This document shows, one piece after another, positions 25,364 to 37,460 of a stretch of DNA of 64,000 bases (its first letter is position 1; every line of letters begins with the position of its first letter). The notes beneath the pieces are model-generated. The model searched no databases. It was not told where the DNA came from and saw nothing but the letters and a program-made list of their open reading frames with translations. The DNA is from Macrostomum lignano (taxonomy: Eukaryota), in assembly GCA_002269645.1 (NCBI GenBank), contig NIVC01003288.1, forward strand, positions 42,325 through 106,324, given 5' to 3'. The translations under genes and the position numbers were made by a program.

Positions 25364-28300
25364 TGAGGGTGGCGACCCCCTGGTCCTTGGACTGAACAGC
25401 CCAGGACCAGGAATTCAGCACGACAATGCGGACTATGCTATGGAAAACTCTTGGAAAATTTTTTACAAGATCAAAAAATGTCCAGCTGTCTAAAATCTTT
25501 TTTCAGTATTTCGAAAAAATTAAGTTTCACGGCTCGTCTAACAACTGAGGCCCGGTTTCCGGGAGCCTGTCGCCTCGGCGTTGTTGGGGATTTAGGCTGG
25601 ATAAAATCGCAATTTTTCGCATGCATGACTGAAGAGCCTCGGTGGGTTGTTGATGGGAGTGGCCGAACTGGCCGACCTCAGCCTGGCTTCTCGGCTACTT
25701 GCGCAAATCGGCTACTTTAAAAAATCAATGGTGTCGGCAGGAAAGGGAGAAAATATGGCTGAGACAAAAATCCCCACGCAGATGATTTCATTCCTGCCGC
25801 GGCCGCTCGGATTGTCAAACGGATTTAGGATTAATGGTTTCTCTACTCTGGCCTCATCCAGAGGGGGAGGATAAACGACAGCAATTATTGGCGCAGTTGT
25901 CTCTGATTTCAGCGGCTCTCCAACTCTTTGTCCCGCTTTCAATTAGCGAGGCTCCCTTCAAGCGGGGAAAGAAGACACCGGGGAAATTCTCGAAAGCACT
26001 CGAATCCCTGGTGTCTACTCTTTCGCTTCGCTTCGCTCTTAAGAAATCGTTCGGTCAATACTAGCTTTGTGGATTCTCAGAATCTCGCATAACTCCCCGC
26101 TATTTCGCTTTTCCCCGTTTTCACTTTCGTCCCGCAATCGGGCGCCAATTGCGAGTAATTCGACTACTAAAGCAGCTTAGGCAGGGTGGGCGGGTCTGGG
26201 CTGGTCTTGAGAGGCCTGAAAGGCAAATTCGCAAAACGGAGAAAGCGCAGGCTTTCAGAGCAGCGCAGATCGTGGGGGGGGGGGCAAAGGCGGGGAGGAG
26301 GACAAAAATGTGCGCCATGCAAAATGCTAACGAGATTACAGCTGTCTGTCAGCTGGGAGTGAGGGGCGAAGAGGTCGGCTGATCTCTGCGCCAGAGGGGA
26401 TTCCAGGGTGCGAGACAGCGAGGGGGGAGGTCGCGCGCTTCCATGAGCAAACTGAGAAACTCAATCGATGCAATTGCTCTACTGCTGCTCCAATGCGGCT
26501 CTCCCAGCTAGCTTTTTTGAGGCATTTAGTCTGAAACAAATTGGAGTCTCCCAAGAAGAATCGGCCAATCTATTCAGCGCCGACTGGGCAGCCGGCCTCA
26601 TCTCGAGGCGTATCGGTGTCGCACAGAAGCTGGGCTCTGCTGCTCAATCAATCAGATGGCACTGGCTCGATATGAAGTGCAGGACCAGGCCCTACGAGCC
26701 AAGGATTAAGTGTGTTTTGTGCGACACACCATCCAGATAAACACTCATTGTTTCACTGAGAAACTCAGCCGGGTTAGCTTCAACGATTGCAGAGTAGCAA
26801 AGGCGTAAGTAAAGACGAGCGCTGTGTCAATGGCTCAACACGCTGTTTGCTTTCCAGACACAATCAATATAACCTTTATCACACGATCGGTTACCTCTCC
26901 CGCTCCCGTTTCAGTAAGACAACGAAAATTAGAGGTTAAAGATAATATTGTGCGGGTTTGGGCATTGGAGGATTAACGGGAATTAGGAGGTGTGGGTTCT
27001 CCATTGAGCAGTTTCTGACCCGTGCGAGAGCACTGCTAGCAACAGTGAGGCATGAGGTGCGGTCGATCTGCAGGTGCATTGATCGAGTCCAAGAATCCTC
27101 GACCACTCGATTCACAGCGCCCGTCCTTGCATTAGCCCAGACACTCCTAATCGTTACAGACAAGAATATTTCTGGCCATGGCATTGTCTCGGGGGTAAAC
27201 GCAGTGTTGGCATCCTTGGGCAAGGAGACATAATTTCGGTGCAGAATCCATGCAGTTCACAAGGCACAAAAAAGTAAAACAAACGAGATTCTGGCTAGCT
27301 AACTAATGCGTTTTGTGGAAAATTAGGGGCTCAAATGATCCATGTCACCCCAAGCGGTCTTATGAACCTGAGCTCTGCTTGCCTAATTAAAATACCCTCG
27401 GAAAAAATGTCAGCAAAAATATGAGGAAATTAAAAGCAAGTTCAAGGCAAACTCAAGCTTTTCGTGTTAGCAAAGAAAAGTACATTGTTGAAATTTTGCT
27501 TACTTCGAAAAATTTAATCATCTAAAAACTTTTGCTGTTTGGAATATTTATCTGATAATAGCCTGGTTTTATTACCAAGCTCTGGTTTGCTTATTAATTA
27601 AGGGTTCCTTCCCCAAAGCGAAGCTTGAGCAATGCACAAAAGGGTACGAGCGTATATTTAATTTGTCTCTCAGTAGTGAGCGTTAATAACCACTTCGATT
27701 TTCAAAGATCTGCTTTGAAAAAAAATTTGTCACGTGCTCACATTCCTACATGTACTGACTTTCATCTTTGGTGAAAAAAGGATATGCAAAAGCTGTGTAA
27801 GTTGCAAATTATTTGGAGTCTCGCTTGTTTGCAGTGCAGCTGAACTTTAAATGCTCATAACTTTGAATCGGTTGCACTTGCGAGTCGTAAAACGATAATT
27901 TGTCAACTTTCTAGAAGAATGTTGCAGAAAAAAATGCATCATATTTTTTTAAAATTGTAAAATAATAACATTAATACTTGAAGTATTGCACTGTATGCAG
28001 ATTTAACAGTTCAAGCCTTAATAAATTATGCTTTTCTGAAAGGAAACATAGTTAAGTACGCGTAAACTTTAGTCTTAAAAAACTGATACAACGGTAACTA
28101 TGTACTATTGGTCCTTGGTGTTACACCTAGGTGCCTGCAAACCTATGCTTATTGTTGTTATTCCTTTCCCATCTCCAAATATGGCTGCTCTCCTTTACTT
28201 CAAGCGCTGACTGACGTGCGAAAAATCGCATTCAATTTGATCGATGAATGATGAGGCAGAGAACTGGCTGGGTCAGCTGCACTGCCAGCGAGATGCCTAT

Positions 28301-31300
28301 CAGACAGCATTATGGCCACTGGGCCGCTAAATACCAGCCTAGGATCCGCCTCCTTAGCCTTTTCTTTTGACAGAATAATAAAACAAGTAAAAGTACACGG
28401 TTGGGCGAGAGAGAGGGACCGGCGGCCACTCAGACAAGGAGCGAAATGGAAGCCAGGGCTGAGAGAGAGAGAGCAAGCCCAGTGCCAAATGCACCGGCCC
28501 AAGAGAGCCCCACTAATGCGGTGGTTAGCGGCTGGGCGCCTGCGAACTTTGCAGACAGGAGAAAGTGTGCGCCGCGCGCTTTCAAGACGAAACGAGAGCC
28601 TGGAATGAGCTTGAAGTAAAGCGAATAAGTACGACCCCGGGATCCCTGCCGTCTCTTGCTCACTCTCACCTCGGCGGACCTCCTCTTCATCTTGATGAGC
28701 CGCCTCTCTCGCTGTCTTTCCCGCGGCGGCGGCGACAGCGGAGGCGACGGCGACTGAATAATTGAAAAGATAAGCGAAAAAGAAAGAGGCGATCCTATCG
28801 AAGCAACCGGGGAAGATATATTTTTTTCTCAACGACTGCGAAGCGAGAGAAAGTGGGTCTGAAGTGTTTTTTTCCTTTTCAACTTTTTCGATAGTGTGTC
28901 CGCTTAGACCCTCAAGTTCGCGCAGGTGATGGAGCGCCCAGCAGCAGCTCAAGCGAGAGAGCCCGAGTGTATCTTTAAGAAAACTTTTCCTGCTTCTATT
29001 TTTTTTTCTAGAGCAGACACGGATCGACGAGGCTTGATGGGTCTTAAAGTGACTGCCCCGCCTCGGTCGAGGTTGAAAAACTGGCCTTGAGTTTGCTGGG
29101 CAGCCCTTTTGGCCCCGTTTCTCTCTCCTGCCTGCCTATTTTCTGACCCGCATTGCCTTACTGATGGTTTCAACCCTAGTTTTGACTTTTAAATAGGGGA
29201 TTTTGCATCCCATCTTGGCATCAGAAGGCCGAGTCCTCTGTCATCAAGTTGAGAACTTGCAGTTTCCTTCCGCAGACATGCGGTAATTACATTCATTAAC
29301 GGTGAAAAAATAATTAATATCTGAATAATCAATGCCCCCCCCACCCGATGTGAGCAAGACAGTCGGTCGATAACTCGCACTGAGCCAATGCTGCTCAGAA
29401 AGTCCAACTGGCCGTCTGTCTGGCTGCCAGCTGCTCTGGGGAGCCTTGATGCAGCTTTTTATGGCCCGAAAAGCCGGCTGCATTCAAGACTTGGGTAAGA
29501 CACTGGTAGGGGCTTACCGCCAGCTCATAAAGGAGATGAAGGAAGAGAATCAGCGCGGACGGAATATCGCTCAGCGGCTAATCAAGTCTTCGCCATTTAG
29601 TGCCGCCTCGCTTGCCCCCCCCCCCCTGGCTTGCCGCACTTCTGCAGGCTAAGCTCTCGCGTTTCAACTCAGCAAACACATTCGGAAGTTCGCGAAAGTG
29701 AGTGCCAGCTAGCAGTGACAGCTCGGGTCGGGGCTCAGATTTCCGAACAAATGCAGCCCTGCCTCGGTTGGAAGCTCTCAGGGTTGGAGGGCAGCTCCAC
29801 GTGGAACTGCAGGATGCGAACTTCTCGCAGTTTCTCCCAGAGGCGCCTCTCCTCGCCTCATCTGCCACTCGCTGCTCCATTTGCAGCTGAAGCTGGATAG
29901 CGCCGAGACATTCTAGAATCGAATCAAGGCCCGAACTGCCCTCAATCAGCCGGCCGCAGCATCCTTCGCCTACCTCTCCATCGCCAGAACTGACCAGCAA
30001 AGGGAGGTGCCCTGTTGGCTGCTGCACAACTTCATTTCCTCGCCTCTCCCGCCCGAGCTGAAAGAAGGCTTGCCTTGTCTTGCTTTGCCTTGCCGTAATT
30101 GGTTAATTAGCATGACAGGGGTCATTGGCACGCCCGCAGGACAAAATGCGATTTCCACACGCCTGCAATTAAGCAAGTCCAGTGGAAAGAAAACTATAGG
30201 GGATAAATTCTTACAATTAAGAATTAACTCGCTCAAGCGATCCTTCTTGATGCTAAGGTATCGACTGGGCAGATGACGCCACTATTGTCGGCTTCAGTCT
30301 GTAGCTGCGCTGTTCTTAACTGCGCATCGATGCTATTGGAATGAAATGAATGGATTAAAGTCAATTTATTTGGACTTTTGCAGATAGTAAGTCAGTTCTT
30401 AGACTGCGCAGGCTGTTCTGCACTTATTCTCAAACTTGTTGAACTTCTGTCCAAATTCATTTAAAATGATTCTATGCTACTAATAGTAGCTCTGAAGCCC
30501 ATTAAGTGTAGGAGTAGGTTTATCTTAGCCATTTAACCATTTAAAAATTCTAATAATGTATGAAACAGAAGCACGACTTCTACAAGTAAAATTATGGTAC
30601 AGCTCGTATTTCTTATTTCAGTAAAAAATTTGTTTTTGATTCAGCAGCTGCATAAAGCTTTGAAAAAAATTGCTACGTAGGGAGACAATTCGGTGAAAGT
30701 GCTTCTGACTTTCTGTTTTGCTAGTTAGAGAAGCGCCAGTCAGTGTTTGCGCACCCAGTAGAAGCGCAGCATTGGTGGGTACAGCGCTGCGACCGCGACC
30801 GGATCCTCCTAATGAGCTCGGCGCATCCGTGTTTAAGTCTGAGGTTCCTCCCCTTCCCCTGCTTCTGCAGTTGCAGGCCATTGACAGTAGCGTCTTCGGC
30901 TGCTGCTTATCTTCCTGTGTGCCCCAGCGCTAATTGAGCCACTACCATGCGACCTTATCTGGACAGCTGTGAACTGAGCGGCTTCACTGCTTGGTTGCAT
31001 GGGGGAGACTTTGTTTTTTGGGAGGAATTTTAGCACACAGAGATAGTGCTTGCGAGCTTCTGTGTGTGTCCAGAAGTGAGATTCGAACTCGCCAGGACCA
31101 GATTCTACTTTGAAGTAAGCGTTCACTATTCGTCAGGTCAGGCCAACTTCATCCTACTGGCGAGCCAACTCGGCCAAAGCATACTCAATTCTATTTCAAA
31201 AACGTCCTGATTGAGCACAAACGGGGCCTGCGAAATGACTGCCAGAAAGTTGACTGCCTGTCCTAGAATTTGTAACGCTAAGCCTAGCATGATACAAACG

Positions 31301-31884
31301 CATTATGAATCCCACGATACAAACCCATGTAACGTTATAGAACGCATTTACGAGCCGTATCAGTTGTCTTTTAAGCTGTTGACCAGTTGCCATTGGATGG
31401 ACTAAAGTCTCACGGATCCAAAAACATGTCTATGTGGCCATAGACATCTTTGGCGAGCAAAATTCATACAAAGATCGGCGCTAATGGCTATAGCACTCAT
31501 TGTCCTGAAGTTGGACCTTCGATTAGCTCTCAGTATTATAGCTTGGGCGGCTTCAACTGCAGTTTGAAACGGTTGTACTTCAAAACAGACTTAGGAAACA
31601 GAATTAATCATCTGGGATCCCCTGTTCGCTAGTCTGGGGGCAGCGTTTTGGCTCCGAACTTTCGTAGAATTTATGATCGGTTAAAGCTGGCTTAGCGAAC
31701 TGCTTCGTTAGCTGCTTTTCGGTTTGGCGCAACCTTTTCCAGTCTTTGCCTTCCTGTCTCTGACATTTATAGTCAGCAACATTGAAAGCCGCCATCCCAG
31801 CGAGATTTGAAGAACGTCATTTGCAGTGCGTCATTTGCAATGCAGTGAGCCGATGCTTTATGGTAGAAGTTTCAATGGATAAAT

Positions 31885-31978
31885 AATCAGCGGTCCCAGT
31901 GCGTGACAACGATTGTCTGGCGAGCGCCGGTAGGCGCGAGCCATAGACAATCGTTGTCACGCACTGCGACCGCTGATT
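31885..31978. other. 94-nt near-perfect hairpin (palindromic mini-element or pre-miRNA-like)
   Basis: A 34-bp left arm AATCAGCGGTCCCAGTGCGTGACAACGATTGTCT pairs with the right arm with one mismatch; inner stem GCGCC-GGTA-GGCGC. Confidence 0.85.
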
Positions 31979-32120
31979 CTTTGCATTGTTTTTCTGTTTG
32001 ACGATCCTACAGACACTGCATTGTTTGTAGTAATGGATTGTTCTGCATTAAAAATGTGAATAATGATTGTCAAATTGCTAAACAATGTTGCTCAGTATAT
32101 AGCCACCCCTCCAAGTGCAG

Positions 32121-32646
32121 GGGGGTCTTTCTCGAAAGCAACTTACGATCGACCATAGACGTAAGTTGGGTAAGCTACACTTACGGGTTGCTCGAAGGGC
32201 TCGCAAGTTAGCTATGCGTAAGATTGATCGCAACTTTACGAGTTCGTAACTTTGCGCAAAATACTGTTTCTCGAAACGTTCGTATGTCTATGGTCTTTCG
32301 TAAGGTTGATCTTAACCCTACGACTGCTCGGTATCAGTCGTAAGACGCACTTAAGCACTAATTGCATAGTACGTGAAGCTTTAGTCAAGCCAGGTCAAGT
32401 TAAACTTTATCGAAGGTGGGTCTTTATCGAAAGCAACTTACGATAGACTAAGTAAAGATATTTGCAGATTTATTACCATAGACATGCAACTTTTCGTTTC
32501 AGATACGACTTCCGAACAGCGTAAGCCACCCAAAGTCTAAGTGAGTTTTGAGAAAGCGTCTTACGAGCAAACTTACGCTACACGTAAATTTCTTTCTTAC
32601 GATCTAACTTACCATAGAACTTACGTGAGTTTCGAGAAACACCCCC
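32121..32646. mobile_element. Non-autonomous DNA transposon (MITE), PIF/Harbinger-like, 526 bp
   Basis: TIRs GGGGGTCTTTCTCGAAA and TTTCGAGAAACACCCCC (one mismatch in 17). 3-bp TSD CAG at 32118-32120 and 32647-32649. Many internal CTTACG/CGTAAG motifs; no transposase ORF. Confidence 0.75.
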
Positions 32647-34094
32647 CAGAACTGTCGAGCTCGAGTCACTATCGTTAACTGGTTGGTTGTACCAAACAAC
32701 CAAGCTTTGTGGTTGGACATAGTACACGATCTCTAATTTGAGGATCTCGGCGTTACGCCAAAGGAGAGGTTCCGAGAGGACTTGGTGCATGGGTCCTTCG
32801 CCGAACTTTTGACCACAAGTTTCGTCCTCCGCAGAGTAGGCGTGAGGCAATTGACCAGCTAGGGGAAATCGAGTAACGAATATTCATTGGGGCATAAACA
32901 CAAATACGAGCATGGATACGAGTTTAAGCATTAGTTACGATAAAATGAGCATTGCTTATGAAAATAAACACGACGTCTGTTATGTGTGAAAATATTTACA
33001 CTCCCATTTTTGCCCTGACTGGGACCTGGAAAGCTGCAGCTTCCCAAGGCCTTTAGGCGCGGTGCTCACCGCTCTATACAGGTAAATAGAGGCGAGACCA
33101 CAAAATTTGTCTTGATAGATACCCTTTACTAGCTACTCACATGCCGGTTATCAGTAGTATCCTAGGTTCATTTTAAGTAACTGTCTCTCTTTCATTCGCT
33201 GTGTGAACGCATTGTTACCTGAACAAATGATTAGAAAAATTTTCGAAGGTTAAATGGATCAGAAAGAAATTTAGTTCTGCGAATTTAAGCACAACTCTAG
33301 TTGTGAATGTGCCTTTCATCAACTGCATAATTTTGATACAAGAACGCAAGACGGAAAAGTTAGGGCCTGGTCACTAAAAAACCATCGCAGATCCCAAAGA
33401 GCATTTTAGCTCTTTATATTGAATCATAAATCATAAATCATAATGCTCAAATTCTCGTGACGCGGCATCCGGAGACGCAGTTGCAACCTCGCTGACTTTT
33501 GCCTGGCTATTAATAGACTTCTGGTGATGCTTTCCTCCTGTAAGCCTTGCCAAGCGCTAAGTGAATGATTTACAGCTAAACGCAACCGAAGCCGTTTTAT
33601 TTATAGGGATTTTATCCAGTCGCAGACCGGAATCCCCATTCTAAATCTCTTAATCTGGAAGAAAAGCCGTTGGCCCCAGCCCGGCAGGAAATGGGCGTGT
33701 TAAACCGATTCCATTCTCAGGGCTGATGGGCAGCCCGTCTGGCCGGGTTAAATTTAGCATGGACTGCCACCAGTTCACTGCTTTCCAGGCCATTGTTCGG
33801 CCTGGTTTTGCGTGCCGCTCAGCCCAGCGACCCGCGGGTTCAGCTGCCTGGACTGCCGGCTGACTGGCAGACCTGACCGGTGACTGCTGCAGGTCGCGTG
33901 ACCTCTGACGACCATGATGCGGAGGAAGTTTGAGAGCAGACTTGTCAGCGCAGTGTCGCGGGAGTGGATTCTTTTTCTAAAGTATCTCAGTGCTTTTGCA
34001 GCTTCAAGAAATAACTGCGGCCAGCCTCTGGGCACCTTGCGGATGCAATCTTCAGCTCGACCCTTGGAACGCTAGCTTTCAATGGTGGCTATTT

Positions 34095-35243
34095 CTCCTC
34101 TCATCTTCTCATCTCTCATCTCTCATCTCTTCGAGTCTCATCTCTTCCAGTCGCATCTCTTCCAGTCGCTTCTCTTCCAGTCTCATCTCTTCCAGTCTCA
34201 TCTCTTCCAGTCTAATCTCTTCGAGTCTCATCTCTTCCAGTCTCATCTCTACCAGCCTCATCTCTACCAGCCTCATCTCTACCAGCCTCATCTCTACCAG
34301 CCTCATCTCATCCAGTCTCATCTCATCCAGTCGCTTCTCTTCCAGTCTCATCTCTTCCAGTCTCATCTCTTCCAGTCTCCTCTCTTCCATTCTCATCTCT
34401 TCTAGTCTCCTCTCTTCCATTCTCATCTCTTCCAGTCCCATCTCTTCGAGTCTTATCTCTTCTAGTCTCATCTCTTCGAGCCTCATCTCTACTGCAGTCT
34501 CATCTCTTCCAGTCTCATCTCTTCGAGTCTTATCTCTACTGCAGTCTCATCTCTTCCAGTCTCATCTATTCCTGTCTCATCTCTTCCAGTCTCCTCTCTT
34601 CCATTCTCATCTCTTCCAGTCCCATATTTTTGAGTCTCATCTCTTCCAGTCTCATCTCTTCGAGTCTCATCTCTACTGCAGTCTCATCTCTTCCAGCTTC
34701 ATCTCTTCCAATCTCAAATCTTCCAGCCTCATCTCTTCCAGTCTCATCTCTACCGGCCTCATTTCTTTGAGTCTCATAATCTCTTCGAGTCTCATCTCTT
34801 TTAGTCTTATCTCTTCGATTCTCATCTCTACCGGTCTAATATCTACCAGCCTCATCTTTTCCAATCTCATCTCTTCCAGTCTCATCTCTTCTAGTCTCAT
34901 TTCTACCAGTCTCATCTCTACCAACCTCATCTCTCCCAACCTCATCTCTACCAACCTCATCTCTCCCAACCTCATCTCTTCCAACCTTATCTCTCCCAAC
35001 CTCATCTCTACCAACCTCATCTCTTCCAATAACCTCATCTCTTCCAACCTCATCTCTTCCAACCTCATCCCTCCCAACCTCATCTCTCCCAACCTCATCT
35101 CTTCCAGTCTCATCTCTTCCAACCTCATCTCTCCCAACCTCATCTCTTCCAGTCTCATCTCTTCCAACCTCATCTCTCCCAACCTCATCTCTCCCAATCT
35201 CATCTCTTTCAACCTCATCTCTTCCAATCTCATCTCTTTCAGT
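34095..35243. repeat. Degenerate 15-bp CT-rich minisatellite (CTCATCTCTTCCAGT grading to CTCATCTCTCCCAAC)
   Basis: Direct reading; yields the spurious SSLIS / MRLEE ORFs. Confidence 0.9.
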
Positions 35244-35787
35244 CATCTCTCCGCTAGTCTCCTATCCTCTGTCTCATATCCTTCAGTCTCAAAAAGAATC
35301 CACTCTCATTTGCTGTCTCCTTTTGTCTTTTCTTCACTCTTCTTGGACCCGTCTCCCGCAGTTCCTCATCTTTACTGCCATCGTATCTCCTCTTGTCCCC
35401 CTGTCGTTTTGTCCGGACTCTAATCTCTAATCTCGTTTCTTTTCATTTCTCTTCTCATGTGGATGCCTCTTCTCTTCTTGCTTACTGTAGAACAACATAT
35501 TAAAATAAATTTGGAATTCCAAAACTATATTAAGAATTTGAGTAGACAGAATTATCATATATTTAAATTGATACACAATAAAACCAAATACAAAAATTAA
35601 GGTGGGATATGAAGCCTGAAGATGTTTTTCAAACCATTTTTTGATCGAAATTCTTTCCTAGCAGAGTGTAGGGTTCCTCATCCGTTCTCTCATTACGCTA
35701 CTCCCCCTCTAGCGCACGAACCCAGCCAGTCAGTCTTGTTGACCTTGGCAACCCGCTCGTGTTGTGGTTGGTTACAAACTCCAAGCC

Positions 35788-35794
35788 TATAAAA
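35788..35794 (+). promoter_or_regulatory. TATA box of the neuropeptide-like gene
   Basis: GCC-TATAAAA-GG about 120 bp upstream of the ATG at 35910. Confidence 0.55.
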
Positions 35795-35909
35795 GGCGAC
35801 ACTGTAGGCCCAGGCCGAGGCCTCTCTTCACTGTGGCCGCAGACTCTATAAAGTGCTCAAGTGTTCAATCTTGCCGTTAAGCTTAAACTAAAGCGACACA
35901 CGCCGCACC

Positions 35910-36212
35910 ATGCCGACCGTCGCCAAGCTGCAGCCGCTGCTGCCAGCGGCCGCCCTGCTAATGACGCTGCTGCTGGCGCTGGACGGCAGCTGCGAGGCTT
36001 CTCCACTGGCGCGCCACTCGACCGTCGCCCAGCCAGCCGTCGCTGAGAGCGGTCGGCACAGGCCGATTCAAGCCACTGACAATGAGCTGCAACTGCTGCT
36101 TGAGTACCTGAGCGAGGCGGCCAGGGGGCGGCAGCACCAGGTGCAGCGCCGGAACGGGGAGGACCTGTCCCCGCCCAGGGAGCCACCTGGCATTTGGAGG
36201 CGGCGGCGGTGA
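35910..36212 (+). CDS. Single-exon secreted neuropeptide-like prohormone (100 aa)
   Basis: ACC-ATG start, signal peptide (LLPAAALLMTLLLALDGSCEA), helical spacer, dibasic RR, then NGEDLSPPREPPGIW flanked by C-terminal RRRR and stop; GC-rich coding composition and upstream TATA. Confidence 0.7.
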   Translation: MPTVAKLQPLLPAAALLMTLLLALDGSCEASPLARHSTVAQPAVAESGRHRPIQATDNELQLLLEYLSEAARGRQHQVQRRNGEDLSPPREPPGIWRRRR

Positions 36213-37460
36213 ACCGATTCAGATGGAAAACATGGAGACACCTGGTCTACACCTAGGCAGTGAAATTCGAGCTCTGCTCCCAATGCAACCTGATCCAGTA
36301 CCCCCTATACCGTTGACTGCTTGTATGTTTTAAGATTTGGTATAATCCACCAAATACACTTCTCTTTAACAGAGTTACATACAACTGCTTGCGCGCAATA
36401 ACTTTGATCGTTCGATCGCAAAAAATCACGAAAACGAGTCAGCTTCGTGCACATTGGCGTTGACAGCTGTTTAAATCTCTACCAAGCCTGGGTTTTGATC
36501 TGGTCTCGGCTTAGAGTGGCATTTCAATTCGACACATTTGAGTCCATCGCAGCACTTGGAGTTGTAGTTTATGCCGCCGTACGAGCTGTAGCCGTAGAAC
36601 AGGTAGCAGGCCTCGCCTTCCAAGCCGCACCTGTTGGCTATTTGTGATTTTGAATACGCGCTCTAGAAGGTGGCGGAGTGCGTTAAAAGCCAGTCCCCAA
36701 GCACAGAGACTGTACATGCCTGACGATCAAAATGCCAGAGCTGCGGTACACCCTGTGTGAGCTGTGTATGAGTACGTGCCTGCGTACAGTATTGGCGCGC
36801 TTGTACATGTGCCCAGGAGCCTCAGCTTGGGTTGATGGACGGATGTCGCCGAAGGCGTTGCGCCAGACTGTCCATAACCTTGCAAATAATAATTATTTAC
36901 TTTGTACGATTTTGAAAATGTTTAATCACTGTGATGATGCGACGTTGTAAAGGGAATAGGATGTGAAATTGCGATGGGATGAGTAACGGCTGAGATACAA
37001 TGAGCAAGATGTAATCAAAAGCAATTCTGTACCCGAGATGCGCAAAGCCTGGATGGCTGGCAAACTCACTGGCTCCGCATGCAGCCGCGTCACCGCACAG
37101 CAGGCACATGACCGTCACTGCAACAATTGGAGTCACGCAAGTGGATCCGCTTCCTCCTCGGCGCAGCATCAACAGGCAGTAATATGAATTGAATATCATA
37201 AGTTGCTACGCGAATCCAACTTGAAAATGAAATTATGACTTAATTCTCAATTTAAGCTAGAAACTTTTTTTGCCAAACTTCAACCATAGAGTTTTGTGAC
37301 AGTTTGTAGATAATCCAGTTATTTACATTTGTATGCATTCAAATTACAAGTTGCTGCCTGAAACTTTAGAGTACAAGCGTAGCTTTTATATTTTAAATCT
37401 CGCACAACATCAATGAAGTGCTCAAAACGATGCGCGGAGACCCCCGGCGGTGCGTCAAAC

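Noticed and set aside
26100-31400. Many short ORFs (60-250 aa) in GC-moderate sequence, e.g. 28200-28952, 29446-29652
   Set aside because: No recognisable motifs, no consistent splice chain, overlapping on both strands; probably UTR, intron or regulatory DNA
33990-35423. 477-aa Ser/Leu/Ile-rich ORF and MRLEE antisense ORFs
   Set aside because: Translations of a degenerate 15-bp repeat
20271-36212. GPCR and neuropeptide as a linked receptor-ligand pair
   Set aside because: 14 kb apart with no sequence evidence; proximity does not imply pairing in animal genomes
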